Origin: Felis catus
Lineage: Eukaryota
Assembly: GCF_018350175.1 (NCBI RefSeq)
Contig: NC_058383.1
Location: forward strand, 2,852,001 to 2,916,000
DNA: 64,000 nt
Direction: 5' to 3'
The position numbers were made by a program, and so were the translations under genes. Under the pieces are notes generated by a model that was not told where the DNA came from, did not search any database, and was given only the letters and a program-made list of their open reading frames with translations. Shown in pieces: positions 48,845 to 61,486 of the stretch; within the stretch, counting starts at the first letter, position 1, and each line of letters begins with the position of its first letter.

Positions 48845-49847
48845 CAGGCGGTCCTTGCTTTGCGGGGCAGTGCAGGACCCGACCAGGCCTGGTGCAGCCT
48901 AGACTGTGCCCTGTGATCTCAATAACCCCTGGGAAAAATTTCACTAGTTCCAGACCTTTAAAAATGATTGAGAAAATGCTAAAAACTCCCTTGATGTTGT
49001 TATACATGTAGGTAAATGAAAAAATAGTAAAACTAATACTGATTTAGTACATTGTACCGTAAAACATTAGAAACGTTGGCAATTAAAAACTTACCAAGAG
49101 CAGTGTGAACAGTTTGTCCCTTCTTCATCCTGTGTGACATAGAACCTGGAGCACCTCTTCTGTCTGAGTTTGGCTCAGCTTCCAGCATTTTATCCTGTTT
49201 GCTTTCAGTGTTTTGAAATATCTCCTGGAGTTCCTTTATTGTGATTTTTTTTTTTTTTTTTTTTGTCGGCATCACTTGCTCTGGACCTCTTGATTCTTTT
49301 GCTCATGAATGTTGATACATGTGTTGGCTTCACAAGGTCCTGTGGCTGTGCATCCAGTCTGTCAAAGAGTGATGGTGTCAGCTGTTGCTTCTGTAAACCA
49401 CTTTTCTGCTGGATCCACATTTCACTTCCAGTTTTACTACTGTATGTTTCCTTGCTGCACTTTCATCTGTGTTGTGACCAAGAGTCTCTTTGGGTTACCC
49501 TTTTTTCAAAGATGTCAAGTGGATTTATCCCTGGGAGACCAGGTGGCATCAAACTACATGCTTTGCTGTCTGTGCGTGAACTAGCACACGCATAAGGACC
49601 AGTCGCTGACAGGCTTTGAAAGGAGTGATGTGATTGGTCGTGGATCGTGATACCCATGTGTAACTTAGGTAGTGATTTGTGGATTGAAGAGCTGGTGGTG
49701 AAGTTTGTCTATTTATGTAATTATTCACGGTTATATACCACAGTAACTGACATTTGAACCTAGTTATGGGGAGAATGGTGTTACTTAACTAAACTGTGGT
49801 GACTGAAATGTGCACATCTCAGAATTGTGAAAAGCAAGGACTCCCTA
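48845..49847. mobile_element. Tigger/pogo-family non-autonomous DNA transposon (Tigger13a-like)
   Basis: Terminal inverted repeats caggcggtccttgcttt / aaagcaaggactcccta; transposase-tail-like remnant KELQEIFQNTESKQDKMLEAEPN on the minus strand. Confidence 0.75.
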
Positions 49848-50829
49848 CGTGTTAGCACCATTTTATGAACAAAGAAACTGAGTCTCAGGAAGATTAAGTA
49901 ACTTCCTAAGGTCACTTAGCTAAAAAGTGTTAGAGACCCATTAACATAACTTTTCCAAAGTCTCCGGCCTTGAGTGTCCTATGGAGGCGCAACCTGTCTC
50001 TGGATGCTCTTGTCAAAATATTGATGGCATTTGAATCACTAATGCATTGTTTTCAAAAAAATCATTAGCGTGTCTAATCCAGTCTATAGGCCTGTAGGGA
50101 CTCTGTCTCTATGTAACTGGACTGTGTAATATTGGCAGGGCTTACATGAAAAATGAATTATTGTACAAAGCTTCTGTAAGCTGCGTACACACCTGACTTT
50201 AGGAGTTTCTTGGAATCAGCCTCGAAATGAAGGCGGGACTGATGCAAGGTATCAGAAGTCCTTGGGAAGGACAGGAACATCCTAGCAGTCAAATGGAAAA
50301 AAGTGGGCTAAATAGTTAGCAGTGGAGATACTGGTTAGGAAGACAGATAAGCAGAGTAGGTTAAGTGATAGGACTCTCAGCTTCCAGGATTCAGAGATGG
50401 CTTCCACAGCCTCTGCTGCATTCATTGGCTGGCAGGTAATAGTGCAGGTCAAGTAGTTAAATCTGAATGTGGATGAGTCTGATTCTGACATGCAGTCTAG
50501 CTTCTAAAACTGAGGAGGCCCAATCTGGAGCATCTAAAGGTGTCCAGGGTAGAGTAGAGCTGTGATACGGAGGTGGAATGAAAGGGTTACACTAAGCCCT
50601 GGAAAGATGAAGGCTGAGAAAAAATATGATTAGAGAAAAAGAGACATTATTCAGTGTCTCTCAAATGCCAGACCTCGTGCCTGGCTTGTACTGATTGAGT
50701 ATGTAATTCTCGTAAAAATCTTGTTAGCGGTTGTTCCAGTGAGATTCAGAAAAGTTAAGTAACTTTTCTAAGGTCACAGAGAATGTGGTAAAGCTGAAAG
50801 TTTGTTTTTACACCGAGACCCCTCCCCCG

Positions 50830-51040
50830 CTTTTTAAAAAGTTTATTTATTTATTTTGAGAGAGAGGGAGTTGGGTGAGCAAGGGAGGGGCAGAGCGAGA
50901 GGGAGAGAGGGAATCCCCAGTAGGCTCCACACTATCAGCGAGGAACCCGATGTGGACCTCGAACCCATGAACTGTAAGTTCATGACCTGAGCCAAAATTA
51001 AGAGTGAGTCACTTAACGTATGGAGCCACCCAGGTGCCCC
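50830..51040 (-). mobile_element. Older Can-SINE
   Basis: SINE match. Confidence 0.92.
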
Positions 51041-51589
51041 CCCCCCCACCCGACCCCTTTTAATACATCACATAGCTCTTAAGGAAAAGATACCAGACTA
51101 AACGTTATTAAAAGAAAAGTAAGATATTTATGGAGTGATGGAGTGCATCTCTGATCTTTGGTCTTGAGCTAAGCCTATTGTATGGACCTCAGACTGCACT
51201 TTGCTGTAGAAATATGTTTGAAAGTGTAATTTGCTACCTGGGCCATACTGTAAAATCCAATTTTTTATGCATACCTATATGTATCTGTGTCTCTGTATCT
51301 CTTCATATATATCTTTCTGTGCTACTTAAAATGCACATCGGTACTGTATGAAATACTACATTTTGAGTCCCAACTTGAGTATCCTGGTAATTGCTCCTCA
51401 CCTTAAGGGCAGCCCTTCCTCTCAGCCACACTACAGATGAATTAGAGCTCTGCTAAGTTATTGAAAGTTTACGTCTGTGCAGGAACGGCCATCTGCCTTC
51501 ATTTGTACTCGATAGTTATTTGATACTCTACATCCCATTTCTCAGACTCTATACATGTTCTTAATGAATTTTGTGTATTGCCGCTGTGT

Positions 51590-52130
51590 CTTAATCATTA
51601 AAGTTCTTTTGATAGCGAGTAACAGAAACAGACTGTACCTACTGAAAGACACCAGCTCTAAGGCTATGGCGGGTGTATCACAGGTGGAATTGCCAGGCCC
51701 CCCAGGGATCAGGGACTGAGCTCTGTGACATACGCAGGAGCTTCTCTCTCTGTCTGGAGTTTGGCCCCTTCTCTGTCACTATGTTTGCTGCTCTGGCTTT
51801 GAGGTCACTTGAAGCAAGCTTTTCTTTGCTTGTCTGCTTCATTCTTCTCTCTCCATTGACTGGCTTTCTCTAGACGTCTTAGCATATGTCTCACATGATG
51901 GCCTCCTGGCTCATGGTTTTGTATCTCATCGGTGTCAGTGATGAGCAGATTCTAACAAGAGTCTCTGAGATTGGGTTCCAGAACTCAGAAGACAGACTGA
52001 CTTCAGTTAGGTAGGTCTGCATCCCTGGTTAGGTCTCCATTACGGACAGATCTCTATCCCTGGTTAGGCCACCGTCACAGTTAGGTCCCCGTCACTGGTT
52101 AGGCCTCTGTCACTAGTGCGGTTGTCTGCA
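51590..52130 (-). mobile_element. Old MLT1 (J/K/L-like) LTR relic
   Basis: gttcttttgatagcgagtaacagaaacagact is a typical MLT1 terminal motif; the rest is degenerate. Confidence 0.5.
52008..52116 (+). repeat. Degenerate 17/18-bp minisatellite, about 6 units
   Basis: ctggttaggtctccatta / cggacagatctctatcc / ctggttaggccaccgtca / cagttaggtccccgtca / ctggttaggcctctgtca. Confidence 0.85.
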
Positions 52131-52323
52131 ACCTGAGGAGCTGACTCCTGTCCTCCCTACATGCTCCTCTTGGAACAAGAGCAGAGGAAGAATATGAACT
52201 GACTGCTCGGATCTATTATCACTACTTGTATTTAGCTTTTTTTTTTTTTTTGCTTCTGGCATTTTGTCTGTTTTATTACTTTAAAACTAAGGAGATAGTA
52301 TAACCACACATTCTATGTTTTCT

Positions 52324-52734
52324 TTTTTTTTTTAATAAAAAATTTTTTAATGGGAGCACCTGGGTGGCTCAGTCAGTTGACTGTCTGACTTGGTTTTGGC
52401 TTAGGTCATGATCTCACGGTTTGTGAGTTCAAGCCCACATCGGGCTCTGTGCTGATGGTGCAGAGCCTGCTTGGGATTCTCTCTCTCCATCTTTCTCTGC
52501 CCCTCCCATACATAAATTTTTAAAAAAAGTTTTTTAATGTTTATTTTTGAGAGAGAGACAGACGTAATGTGATCGGGGGAGGGGCAGAGAGAGAGGGAGA
52601 CACAGAATCCAAAGCAGGCTCCAGGCTCCGAGCTGTCAGCACAGAGCCTGATGTGGGGCTCAAACTCATGAGCCATGAGGTCATGACTTGAGCTGAAGTC
52701 ATACGCTCAACTGACTGAGCCACCCAGGTGCCCC
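52324..52734 (-). mobile_element. SINEC_Fc2-like element whose tail is split by a second SINE
   Basis: Outer TSD cattctatgttttct (52309-52323 / 52738-52752). Confidence 0.95.
52352..52522 (+). mobile_element. Can-SINE nested in the tail of the previous SINE
   Basis: Inner TSD aaaaaa(g)ttttttaat. Confidence 0.93.
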
Positions 52735-53134
52735 TCCCATTCTATGTTTTCTATTAAAATTTCACATGTAAAGTATTCCTGATAATGTAAAGGATCCCAA
52801 AATCTGTGAAACAAAGGAGGACCAGGAAAAGACTTCCTCTGGAAACTATGGAAGATACTTCAAAATAAGTCTACCTGTTTTACTTAACCAGAAAGAATCC
52901 TAACAGCCCGCTGACTCTTTAGGTGAGGAATGTGAAAAGGCAGACGTTGGTACAGCCGATGAGTAGGACCGTGCCTTTTACTCACATTCTCTGCTGCTTC
53001 AGTGCAATGAAAAATACCAAAGGTGAATGCAAGTCACTTTTTCAGTATTGTACTTGTAAAGGCAGTCCATGAAGGGGAGAATGGAAGATTCAAACTTGTA
53101 TGGCTATCTTTTATTGTAACCTATTTCTGGTTAG

Positions 53135-53340
53135 AGAAGCAGCGTGGCCCATTGGACTAAGGGGAGGATAGGGAATTTGGAACTCTGAGAGAAAATCTCT
53201 TTTGCAACTGACTGGCTTCGTGACCTTGAGAAAGCACATTAACCTCTGTCTCCTTCCTCATTTGTAAAACGGGATCTACCTGATAGAAATAGAGGTACCT
53301 TCTGATTTGAGCAAACTGAGTAAGAAAGATTTTATACAAA
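53135..53340 (+). mobile_element. MIR
   Basis: gtgaccttgagaaagcacattaacctctgt…ttcctcatttgtaaaacggg. Confidence 0.75.
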
Positions 53341-54961
53341 TCAGGAGTGATTTTCTTTCTTCGCTTCTCTTCTCTTTTCTTTTCTTCCACCAGGAGCCTG
53401 GGTTTATAAAAAGATTCTCTGTGGAATTCCTTTAAGACTCAACCTCTTCCCAACCTTTGAAGCTGTGATTAATTGACAAAAGTTAAATTTATACATACCA
53501 GTTTAAAAAATACACCCACTGGATAGAATGAGAAAAAGAATAATCTCATGGAATTATGACAAGAGCTCAGTAAATTTATGTGAAATACTCCAAAAACAGT
53601 GTTTTACAGGCTGTGATAAAGAACATCTCCAGACCTTAGATTTTAGGGTGAATTTTTTCTAGTATGAGAATGACATTAGTGCCAATTTTGCCGTATATTT
53701 GCTACCTTGTTGACATTGGTATCATCATATTGGTCTTGGCGTCTTGACGCTGGTGCTGAGTTGACATTGACCCTGGCACCATGTCATCCTGACCCAGCCG
53801 GCAGTGACTGTATGCTGTTGCATTTTCTGCGGCTGCTAGAATTTTGATGTAGCAGTTTTGAAGGTTTGGTCTGTACTCTGGAAATCTTAGGCCTACTTGT
53901 AAATTAATTCTCCAGAGGATGGAATATCCTAATAGCTAAACTGTAAACAAGCTCAGAGGGTTAAAGTAGTAGGATGCAATAGTACTTGTCATATATTTTT
54001 GTTGAATTTGCATAACATTGTTATCTAGAAGCATGTCACTGTAGGAAAGAAGCACGTTCTGCTGGATTTCACAGAGAGAAACTCTTGAAGCACAGAGATC
54101 AAGTAGCTAGAGACACAGACAAGTACCTGAGTTTTCAGAAGAAGACTGGTCATGTCGACTGCACCCTGAGCTGTCACGGAGCGGTGTTGGCGGACTGAGT
54201 TGCGCAACAGCCCGATAGCTACATTTGAGTTGCTTTTGAAGGACTCCGTTTCCCTCCACAAATAGGGCAACAAAATTTGCTTGTAATCACAAATACAATT
54301 GTTTTTCTCCATTAAAAAGGAAGTCTTCCAATCCAGTCTGAAGATGAGTATTGCTGTGTCACATTTTCCAGGAAGAATCTCATGACCGACCCTCAATACA
54401 TTAATACACAGGTTCATAGCTTGTTATTAGTAACTTGTAAATACTCATGTACGGAAAAGAGTGACTAGAGTCTTTAAGAGTTCTTTTCTATTGGTGTTTA
54501 GCTTTCTTTTCAAGTTAAGCTAGTTTTCATTCATTTTCCCAGAAGGTTTTCCTAAAGTTTCATCTTGACTGCTAAAACATATCCCCAGAGATTCCACTTA
54601 GTATAATTCATGCGGACCAGCTGATTCCACGTGTGAGGGCGCGGTATTCCACAAGTCCAAGTGAATCAGGCAGAGGCCAGAGAACAGACTTGCTTTTGCC
54701 TAAATTATCTGGTTAACTACTTGAGACCTGTTTCAATTGGTCTTGAAAGAATCTTAAACCGGGGATCCATTTTGTAGCCTTTTGGAGTACTATAAATGTT
54801 TTGACATTGCAATTACTAGTTGATACAGTCACACTTCAAAAGGTGCGTGCAAACTGATGTTTGTTTTAGTCATTTTAGTACTTGAGTGGAGGGGTAGGTT
54901 GGATTAGAATTGTGTTTTCTTTGAGGATGATAGGGCAGGTTCTCAGTATTAAGTTAATAAG

Positions 54962-55600
54962 TTCCCTTCTCCTTCCCCCTCTTCTTGCCTCCCCCTGTAT
55001 CTTCCTCTCTTCCTTCCTCCCCTCCATTCTCCTCCCCTCCCTCCCTCCCCCTTCCCCCTCTCCTCCTTCTACTCCCTCCTTCTACTCTTCCTTCCCTCCC
55101 TTCTTCTACTACTCCCCTCCCTTCTTCTACTACTCCCCTCCCTTCTTCTACTCTTCCTCCTTCTCTCCCCTTCTCCTCCCTCCCCCTCTCCTCCCTCCCT
55201 CTCTCCTCCCTCCCCCTTTCTCCCTCCTCCCCCTTTCTCCCTCCTCCCCCTTTCTCCCTCCTCCCCCTTTCTCCCTCCTCCCCCTTTCTCCCTCCTCCCC
55301 CTTTCTTCCTCCTCCCCCTTTCTTCCTCCTCCCCCTTTCTTCCTCCTCCCCCTTTCTTCCTCCTCCCCCCTCCTCTCTCCCCCTCTCTCCCTCCCCTTCT
55401 TCTCCTCTCTGCTCCTCTCCTCATCCTCTCCTCTCCCGCTCTCTTCTTCATCCTCCTCCCTCCCCCTCCTCCACCCTCCTCCACCCTCCTCCATCCTCCT
55501 CCATCCTCCTCCATCCTCCTCCATCCTCCTCCTCCCTCTCCCTCTCCGTCTCCCTCTTCCTCCTCCCTCCTTCCTCCTCCCTCCTCCTCCTTCTCCACCT
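54962..55600 (+). repeat. Polypyrimidine/polypurine low-complexity tract with tandem subunits
   Basis: Almost only C/T; units cccttcttctactactcc, ctcctccccctttctcc and ccatcctcct. Confidence 0.97.
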
Positions 55601-56669
55601 GCATCTCCATCTGTATCTTCAAACTTTCTCTCTCTTCCCCTCTTATTTCCTCCCCCTCTTCTTTAGCTTTATATCACATAGAAAAAAAAAAAAAAACATT
55701 CCAGCCCAATGCCCGAGTGAATTGCAACATTAAAGACTGCTTGGCCAAGGAGCTATTAATCTTGGTATGGCAGCCTTTAGGGACCAGCATCAAATGCAAA
55801 CATGTTAGAAGTATTTTGGCCATTCCAGCTGAATTGACGCAGAAAATTTTTAGGAGCAATAGTCAGTGCTTAGTAGAAAGAACCAGACTTTTGTAAATTT
55901 GAGGAACTCTCATTTGTGACATGGGTCTTGTGTATCAGCAGCTTGACACCCTTACAGATGGGTGCTTCCTGCAGCTGACTTCAGAAATTTGGGTTTTAAA
56001 CACAATTTTATATCAAAGTTTCCTGTGAACTTAGTGATTCATTAATAAGTTTAGCTTGTGTTGAATAGTCAGGTTACTGTTCATATCAACACTACATTAG
56101 AGTAAGGAAGCATTGGGAGGAATCGTTACCGCATGTATCTGGTGCTGGAAAGCACCAGAGTAGAGCGTCTAAGCAGTCCGTTGAAGGGAGTTCAGTGCAA
56201 GATTAATAACAGAAAAGAGGCAAAAATCTTAGATACGGGTCTGTCTTATAACCTGTTTTTGTTGGCAGTTTGGGCCCATTTTGTGATGGGTGTTTTTTCT
56301 TTCTCTTGGAAGACAGAGTGTTAGAATGTCTGGTGCCTGTGCTACTCCCTTTTCTAGGTCCTAGAGTCAAAGTGCTGGGGAGATAAGGAAGCTGTGTTTT
56401 CAAAGACTCATTTAATGCAGATGAATATGTTAATTTGACTTTTCTTAAATTAGGGACCTGTGAGAGAATTTCCACTTTGTTCCCCTTGATTTTGGTGTGT
56501 GAGGTGGGATTTTAAGTCCTTTCTTAGTTTGTTGAGGTCGAATATGCTAGCTATGTCAGCTGGCACTTAGCTGAAAAGATATGTTTAGTTGCAAGTGCCA
56601 CCCATTTTCTTGGAGAAGATGGAATGCCATGACTGTAGCTATCGTTTATCCAGGATTGCCTGTGTTTCT

Positions 56670-56830
56670 TCATTTTAATCCTCACATCTCCATAAATATC
56701 CTTTCCATTTCACCTATGAGGACAGCTGTGGCTCAGAGATGTTGAGAAGCTCATTCAGGGTCATTTTTCCAGGTAAGTGACCACGCTGGGATTCTAGCCC
56801 AAGTCAACTGGACCAAACACAGATAGTCCT
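56670..56830 (-). mobile_element. MIR
   Basis: ttaatcctcaca…ccattt…gctcagagatgtt…gtaagtg…ctgggattctagcccaagtc. Confidence 0.75.
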
Positions 56831-57067
56831 AACTACTTCTCTAGACTGCTGCCCCATGAGCTGTGAGTTGCTGCCATCACCTACTCAGACCTCTTTGCCT
56901 TTGGAGTTCTGAAGCGCAGAAATTCTGCACATCCTGGCGGAGCCTTCCATTGACCCACAGTAAACTCAGACACAGATTACAATTGACTCATTTCGTAGTG
57001 ATGTTTATTTTACATTTCGCAGGGATTTTACTGGAGGAGAGATGGGCTAAAATTCTAGATCAGTTAA

Positions 57068-57219
57068 AAATTTTTTAGTTTATTTTGAGAGAGAGCATTC
57101 AAGCATGAGTGGGGGAGGGACAGAGAGAGGGGGAGAGAATCCCAAACAGGTTCCTCACTGTCTGTGAAGAGCCCAATGTGGGGCTCGATCTCCTGAACTG
57201 TGAGATCATGACATGAACC
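57068..57219 (-). mobile_element. 5'-truncated Can-SINE
   Basis: Tail and body present, head missing; TSD approx. gatcagttaa. Confidence 0.88.
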
Positions 57220-59319
57220 TAAATATTATAATTCTTATTCTGATCAGTTAACTGCAGTCTGTTCAGCTTCCAGTGAATTAAAGATTGCTAACTTACAGTC
57301 AGTTGATTTTTGTGATTTGTAATACTTTTACAAATGCTTCTTTATATTATTATTGACATAAATCTTTTTCTCACTGTGTTATAGAAGATCATTACTATGA
57401 AAAAACAAATTATTATTAAGCATAAAAACAGATTACATTAGAAATCCTTTTCAGTGTTATTTCAAAACCCACATGTTTAGACACATGACTTAGTAAGGGG
57501 GCTACTGTTTAAAGAGGGACTAGAGGAGAACTAACCTCTATGCTGTTTTACATGTGTCTTCCCTAGCCCCACCTTGACCCACCTTGTTGGGGCATCTTCT
57601 GACTTGTCTCCCCTTTTCCAACCCCTCTGTCTGTGTCTACTCTCTGGGGACCTCATCCTTTCTTAGGGATTTATAGTGATACTTGTAATCTTCTATTACT
57701 GGCCCTGCTCTCTCCCCTATGATCACTTGTTAGCCACAAGATTGTATAAATGGAACCAACAAAGAGTTTTCTTTTGTCCACTGAAAATATTAAAAAAGGC
57801 AGGACTGTTGCTCTTGACTAAATGTTAGCTTTGCAAATTAAGTCTAAATTATGTTTAAGGTTGTAAATGAGCTTAGCATCATATGCTTACATGGTAAGTC
57901 ATTTTAAAAAGAGTTTAGTTCCATAATGGTTTCAGATAATTATGTCATTTTGTTTTCCACATAATATGGATTTTAATTGTAATACTAATGAGCACTGAGG
58001 ACCCTTTTTTAAATTCAGTCGTATAAAGTTATTTGATGAAGTAAGGTGACATTTGATGGATTTACTGGAAGTTTGGATCCAATTTGCATTTCAGTGGTAT
58101 TTTATGGCTGACTTTAGAAAACTTTTTAGATGGGATTTCTTGGTAAATTAAAGGATTTAGGGAGATGATTATGAAGTAATTGATTAAAAAGTGTGTAATA
58201 TTAGTTTTCATTGAACTGAAGCTTGTATGAGTTCAATTTAAAACCTAATTCAATACATTTTAGATTTTATATTTCCCTGAACCTCTTTTGGAGTATTAAT
58301 TTTGTCATGCTTGTCATTCTAATCTAATGATGATTTAATGTTTGCAAACCTCAATAAATTTGTATGCAAGGGGTTCTGCTGTGTTTTCAATCAGTGAAGA
58401 TTGAAATTTGGCAACTGAGATGATAAAAAAATGAAAAATTTTAAATAGAAAATGAAAATAATGATTAAACTTTAGAAAGTACTTTTGTTAATGTTCTTGG
58501 CTATGAACCATGTAATAATTTTCTCTTCTTTTTATCGTGTAACATTTAGAAGGTGATTGAACCTTAAAAGAAGTAATTACTACTAAATTGTGAAGAATAT
58601 TTAAATTAGAACAGAACCTTTGTGCTCACTTTCTCCCCCTTTGCCTGAAACCTGTGATCTAGGGTTATAAAACAAAAGCCAGAAAGATGCTAGCCTACTT
58701 GTAAAAAACTCATGGACCTTCTCCAGAAAGCTGCACAGGCCATAGAATGTTCTCTAATGAAAGTATATCCTTACTTCATTATTATTATTGAATAAAAATG
58801 TAGAAATTAGAATGTTTAATAAATTGGTCACATCAGAAAAAAAAATCTGGGTTTAGGAATCTAGGGGTCAGCAGCCCCTCCTTCCTCATTCCAGGAGAGC
58901 CCTGTGTGGTTTCACATTGCTTATCTTTTACAAAGGTCTCATGACACTGAAAGACAATTGATACAATCCTGAGAAATCAATACAGGACATTATATTATAG
59001 TCCTTCACCTTTATCGCTCATTGCCCTTCAAGGGTGAAAGGAGATATTTCAACGCAAAAACTAGGTTTGAAAACCTAACCAAGTAATAAGTAATAAATGA
59101 TTTAAAAAAAAACCAAACCACCTTAGGTTGTTATTTCCCAGAATTTAGGGGTGGAATTTGAGGTGGAATAAAGATGAATGTGATTATTTTCAAGGCTGAA
59201 ATTTGACTCATTAAAAAGAGTGATTTAGTGTGGTAACACAAGTGTTTTATAGTATGTGGAAAGTTAGGAAACCTGTAATCCACTATTAGGTGTTAGCATT
59301 TAAAATTAGATACCATTCA

Positions 59320-59538
59320 GGGGCACCTGGGTGGCTCAGTCGGTTAAGTGTCCGACTTCTGCTCAGGTCATGATCTCACGGTCCGTGAGTTCGAGCCCTG
59401 TGTTGGGCTCTGTGCTGACCGCTCAGAGCCTGGAGCCTGTTTCAGATTCTGTGTCTCCCTCTCTCTCTGATCCTCCCCTGTTCATGCTCTGTCTCTCTCT
59501 GTCTCAAAATAAATAAACGTTAAAAAAAAAATTAAAAA
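59320..59538 (+). mobile_element. SINEC_Fc2-like
   Basis: TSD aaaattagatac(c/g)attca. Confidence 0.97.
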
Positions 59539-60187
59539 TAAAATTAGATACGATTCAGGAAAACAAAAATTATTCAGAGAGCTTTGTAGAAGTTTTGGCT
59601 GAATGGAAGCTTCAACTTATTTATAGTATTGGAAATTACTAGTGAAGAAACCGCGCAGTGACATCCCCGAAAGAGATGATGTGATGACAGTGAGATTCCC
59701 TGTACATGTGTGAAAGATGGGATGGTCACTTTCACCTCCTCTCATTTGATCCTCTCAACCCTGAGACCTTGTGAGGGCAGGCGTGGTTATTCTACCTACG
59801 TGTTACAGCTGACAGAGTGGACTTGGGACAACTCAGTTGTTCAAGGCTGCACATTTATATGTGGAACTGACCTCCCCTCCGGGGCTGTTTATCCTCTTCC
59901 CCCCCCTCCAGTCTTATTAAAATGCTGCATTGTGTAGTCTCTTGATGATCTTTTGATTTTATGCATCAAATTTAACACTTAGCCAGAATTTCCTACTGAG
60001 ACCTATCTAGCATTACCAGTTCATATTCCCAATGAATATGACTTGTGCAAAAAAACACGTAACAAGGGTTATCCTTTTATAGTTAGGGCATCTTTCTTTC
60101 GGCTAAGTTCTACACCTTCATTTAAAGACATAAAAGATAATAGCCCTCTATAAAACAAAAATAAAAATAAATAAAAATTAAAAAAAG

Positions 60188-60363
60188 AGGTGCCTGGGTG
60201 GGTCAGCTGGTTGAGGGTCTGGGACTCTTGATTTTGGCCCATATCATGATCCCAGGGTTGTGAGATTGATCCCTGCGTCGGGCTCTACGCTGAGTTTAGG
60301 GTTCTCCCTCTGCCCCTCTTCTCCACTTGTGCTCTCTCTAAAATAGTATTAAAAAAATAAAAA
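60188..60363 (+). mobile_element. Older Can-SINE
   Basis: tRNA-like head, CT region and A-rich tail. Confidence 0.88.
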
Positions 60364-61277
60364 TAAAGACACAGAAGATAGAATGTGCCGAGAATTCACA
60401 ATGATCTCTCAGTCTTTAAGCAATAGCATGTTCTTGGTCCTAAGGTCTCTTTATGAGACAGGCCGTACAGAAGTTCATATACTGCGGACAGCTGCGGAGA
60501 CCCCGCCAGCCTCAGGAAATGTCCACTGCGAAGGTCTCTTGCCCATGTGTCAGTGCCACTGATGGCGTGAACGAATGGTGGGCAGGAGTCTGGCTCCGGG
60601 GCGGGCTGTGTCTGGGGCCGCTCCTGGCCTATCACTCAGTTGGCAGGGGACCTCATGTTCACTGCCAGCCCTCATCTTTGGTTCTTTGTTTCGTCCCTTA
60701 GGTTTGTAATCTTTCTCTGTGTGGACTCTTCTCTCACTTCAAGAAAACCACATATCCCGGTCCTGAAAGTTTATTCCTCACTAATTCCTCCACAGCCAGT
60801 ACTCCTGTTTCTCCGTTCCGTGGATTGTTTAGCACTTTGCGTGTAGAGTGCATGGCAGATTTTAGTTGTACTTAAGCTGGTTAGACGCTGTATCATTAAC
60901 CCATTTTTAGAAGATAAATAACTGGCTAGAGTGAACATTCCATCCAAAACGTAGGAACATTCCTTCCATTTCCTTCTTAAAAACCGGTAAAGCGAATGTT
61001 TCCCCGGTGATTCCACGTGAGGAGCACGCAAGCTCCAGATGCAGCTGTCCCATTGGAGACCTCCGTTGTGTTCCTTACAAACCTGAGGAGACGTAATCAC
61101 AAGTGATACTAGGTTGTTGTGGGGTGTGGTCACCCTTTCCTAAGACCGACTTCATGGATAGCAGTCAGTTATATGGAAGACGCAGGAGTTAAATCCAAAA
61201 TCCCATGTATGAATACTACTGAATAGCCTGTATCAGCTGGTTAATACTTCCCAGTGAAGTAAAAAAAAAAAAAAAAA

Positions 61278-61486
61278 ATTTTTTTAAGAGCTCAAGTTTA
61301 TTATTTTGAGAGAGAGAAGGCACAAGTCAGGGAAGGGCAGGGAGAGAGAGCGAGAGAGAGAATGAATCCCAAGCAGGCTCTGCCCTGTCAGTGCAGAGTC
61401 CAAGGCGGGTCTTGAACCCACGAACCATGAGATCTTGACTTGAGCCCAAGTTGGATGCTTAAGCAACTGAGCCACCCAGGCGCTCC
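61278..61486 (-). mobile_element. Older Can-SINE
   Basis: SINE match. Confidence 0.92.

Noticed and set aside
52008..52116. CRISPR-like or interstitial telomere reading of the spaced GTTAGG motif
   Set aside because: The inter-motif segments are related to each other, the period is only 17-18 bp, there is no TTAGGG array, and the context is mammalian
54025..54417. 130-aa minus-strand ORF in unique DNA
   Set aside because: No recognisable homology, opposite to the inferred transcription direction, and length is within chance; blastp/PhyloCSF would settle it
54882..55896. Long ORFs of 283, 303, 222 and 151 aa (P/L/S-rich or G/R/E-rich)
   Set aside because: By-product of the C/T tract, which lacks stop codons on both strands
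54622..61019. Identical 12-mer TGATTCCACGTG at 54622 and 61008
   Set aside because: Many 12-mer matches are expected by chance in 64 kb, and the flanks are unrelated
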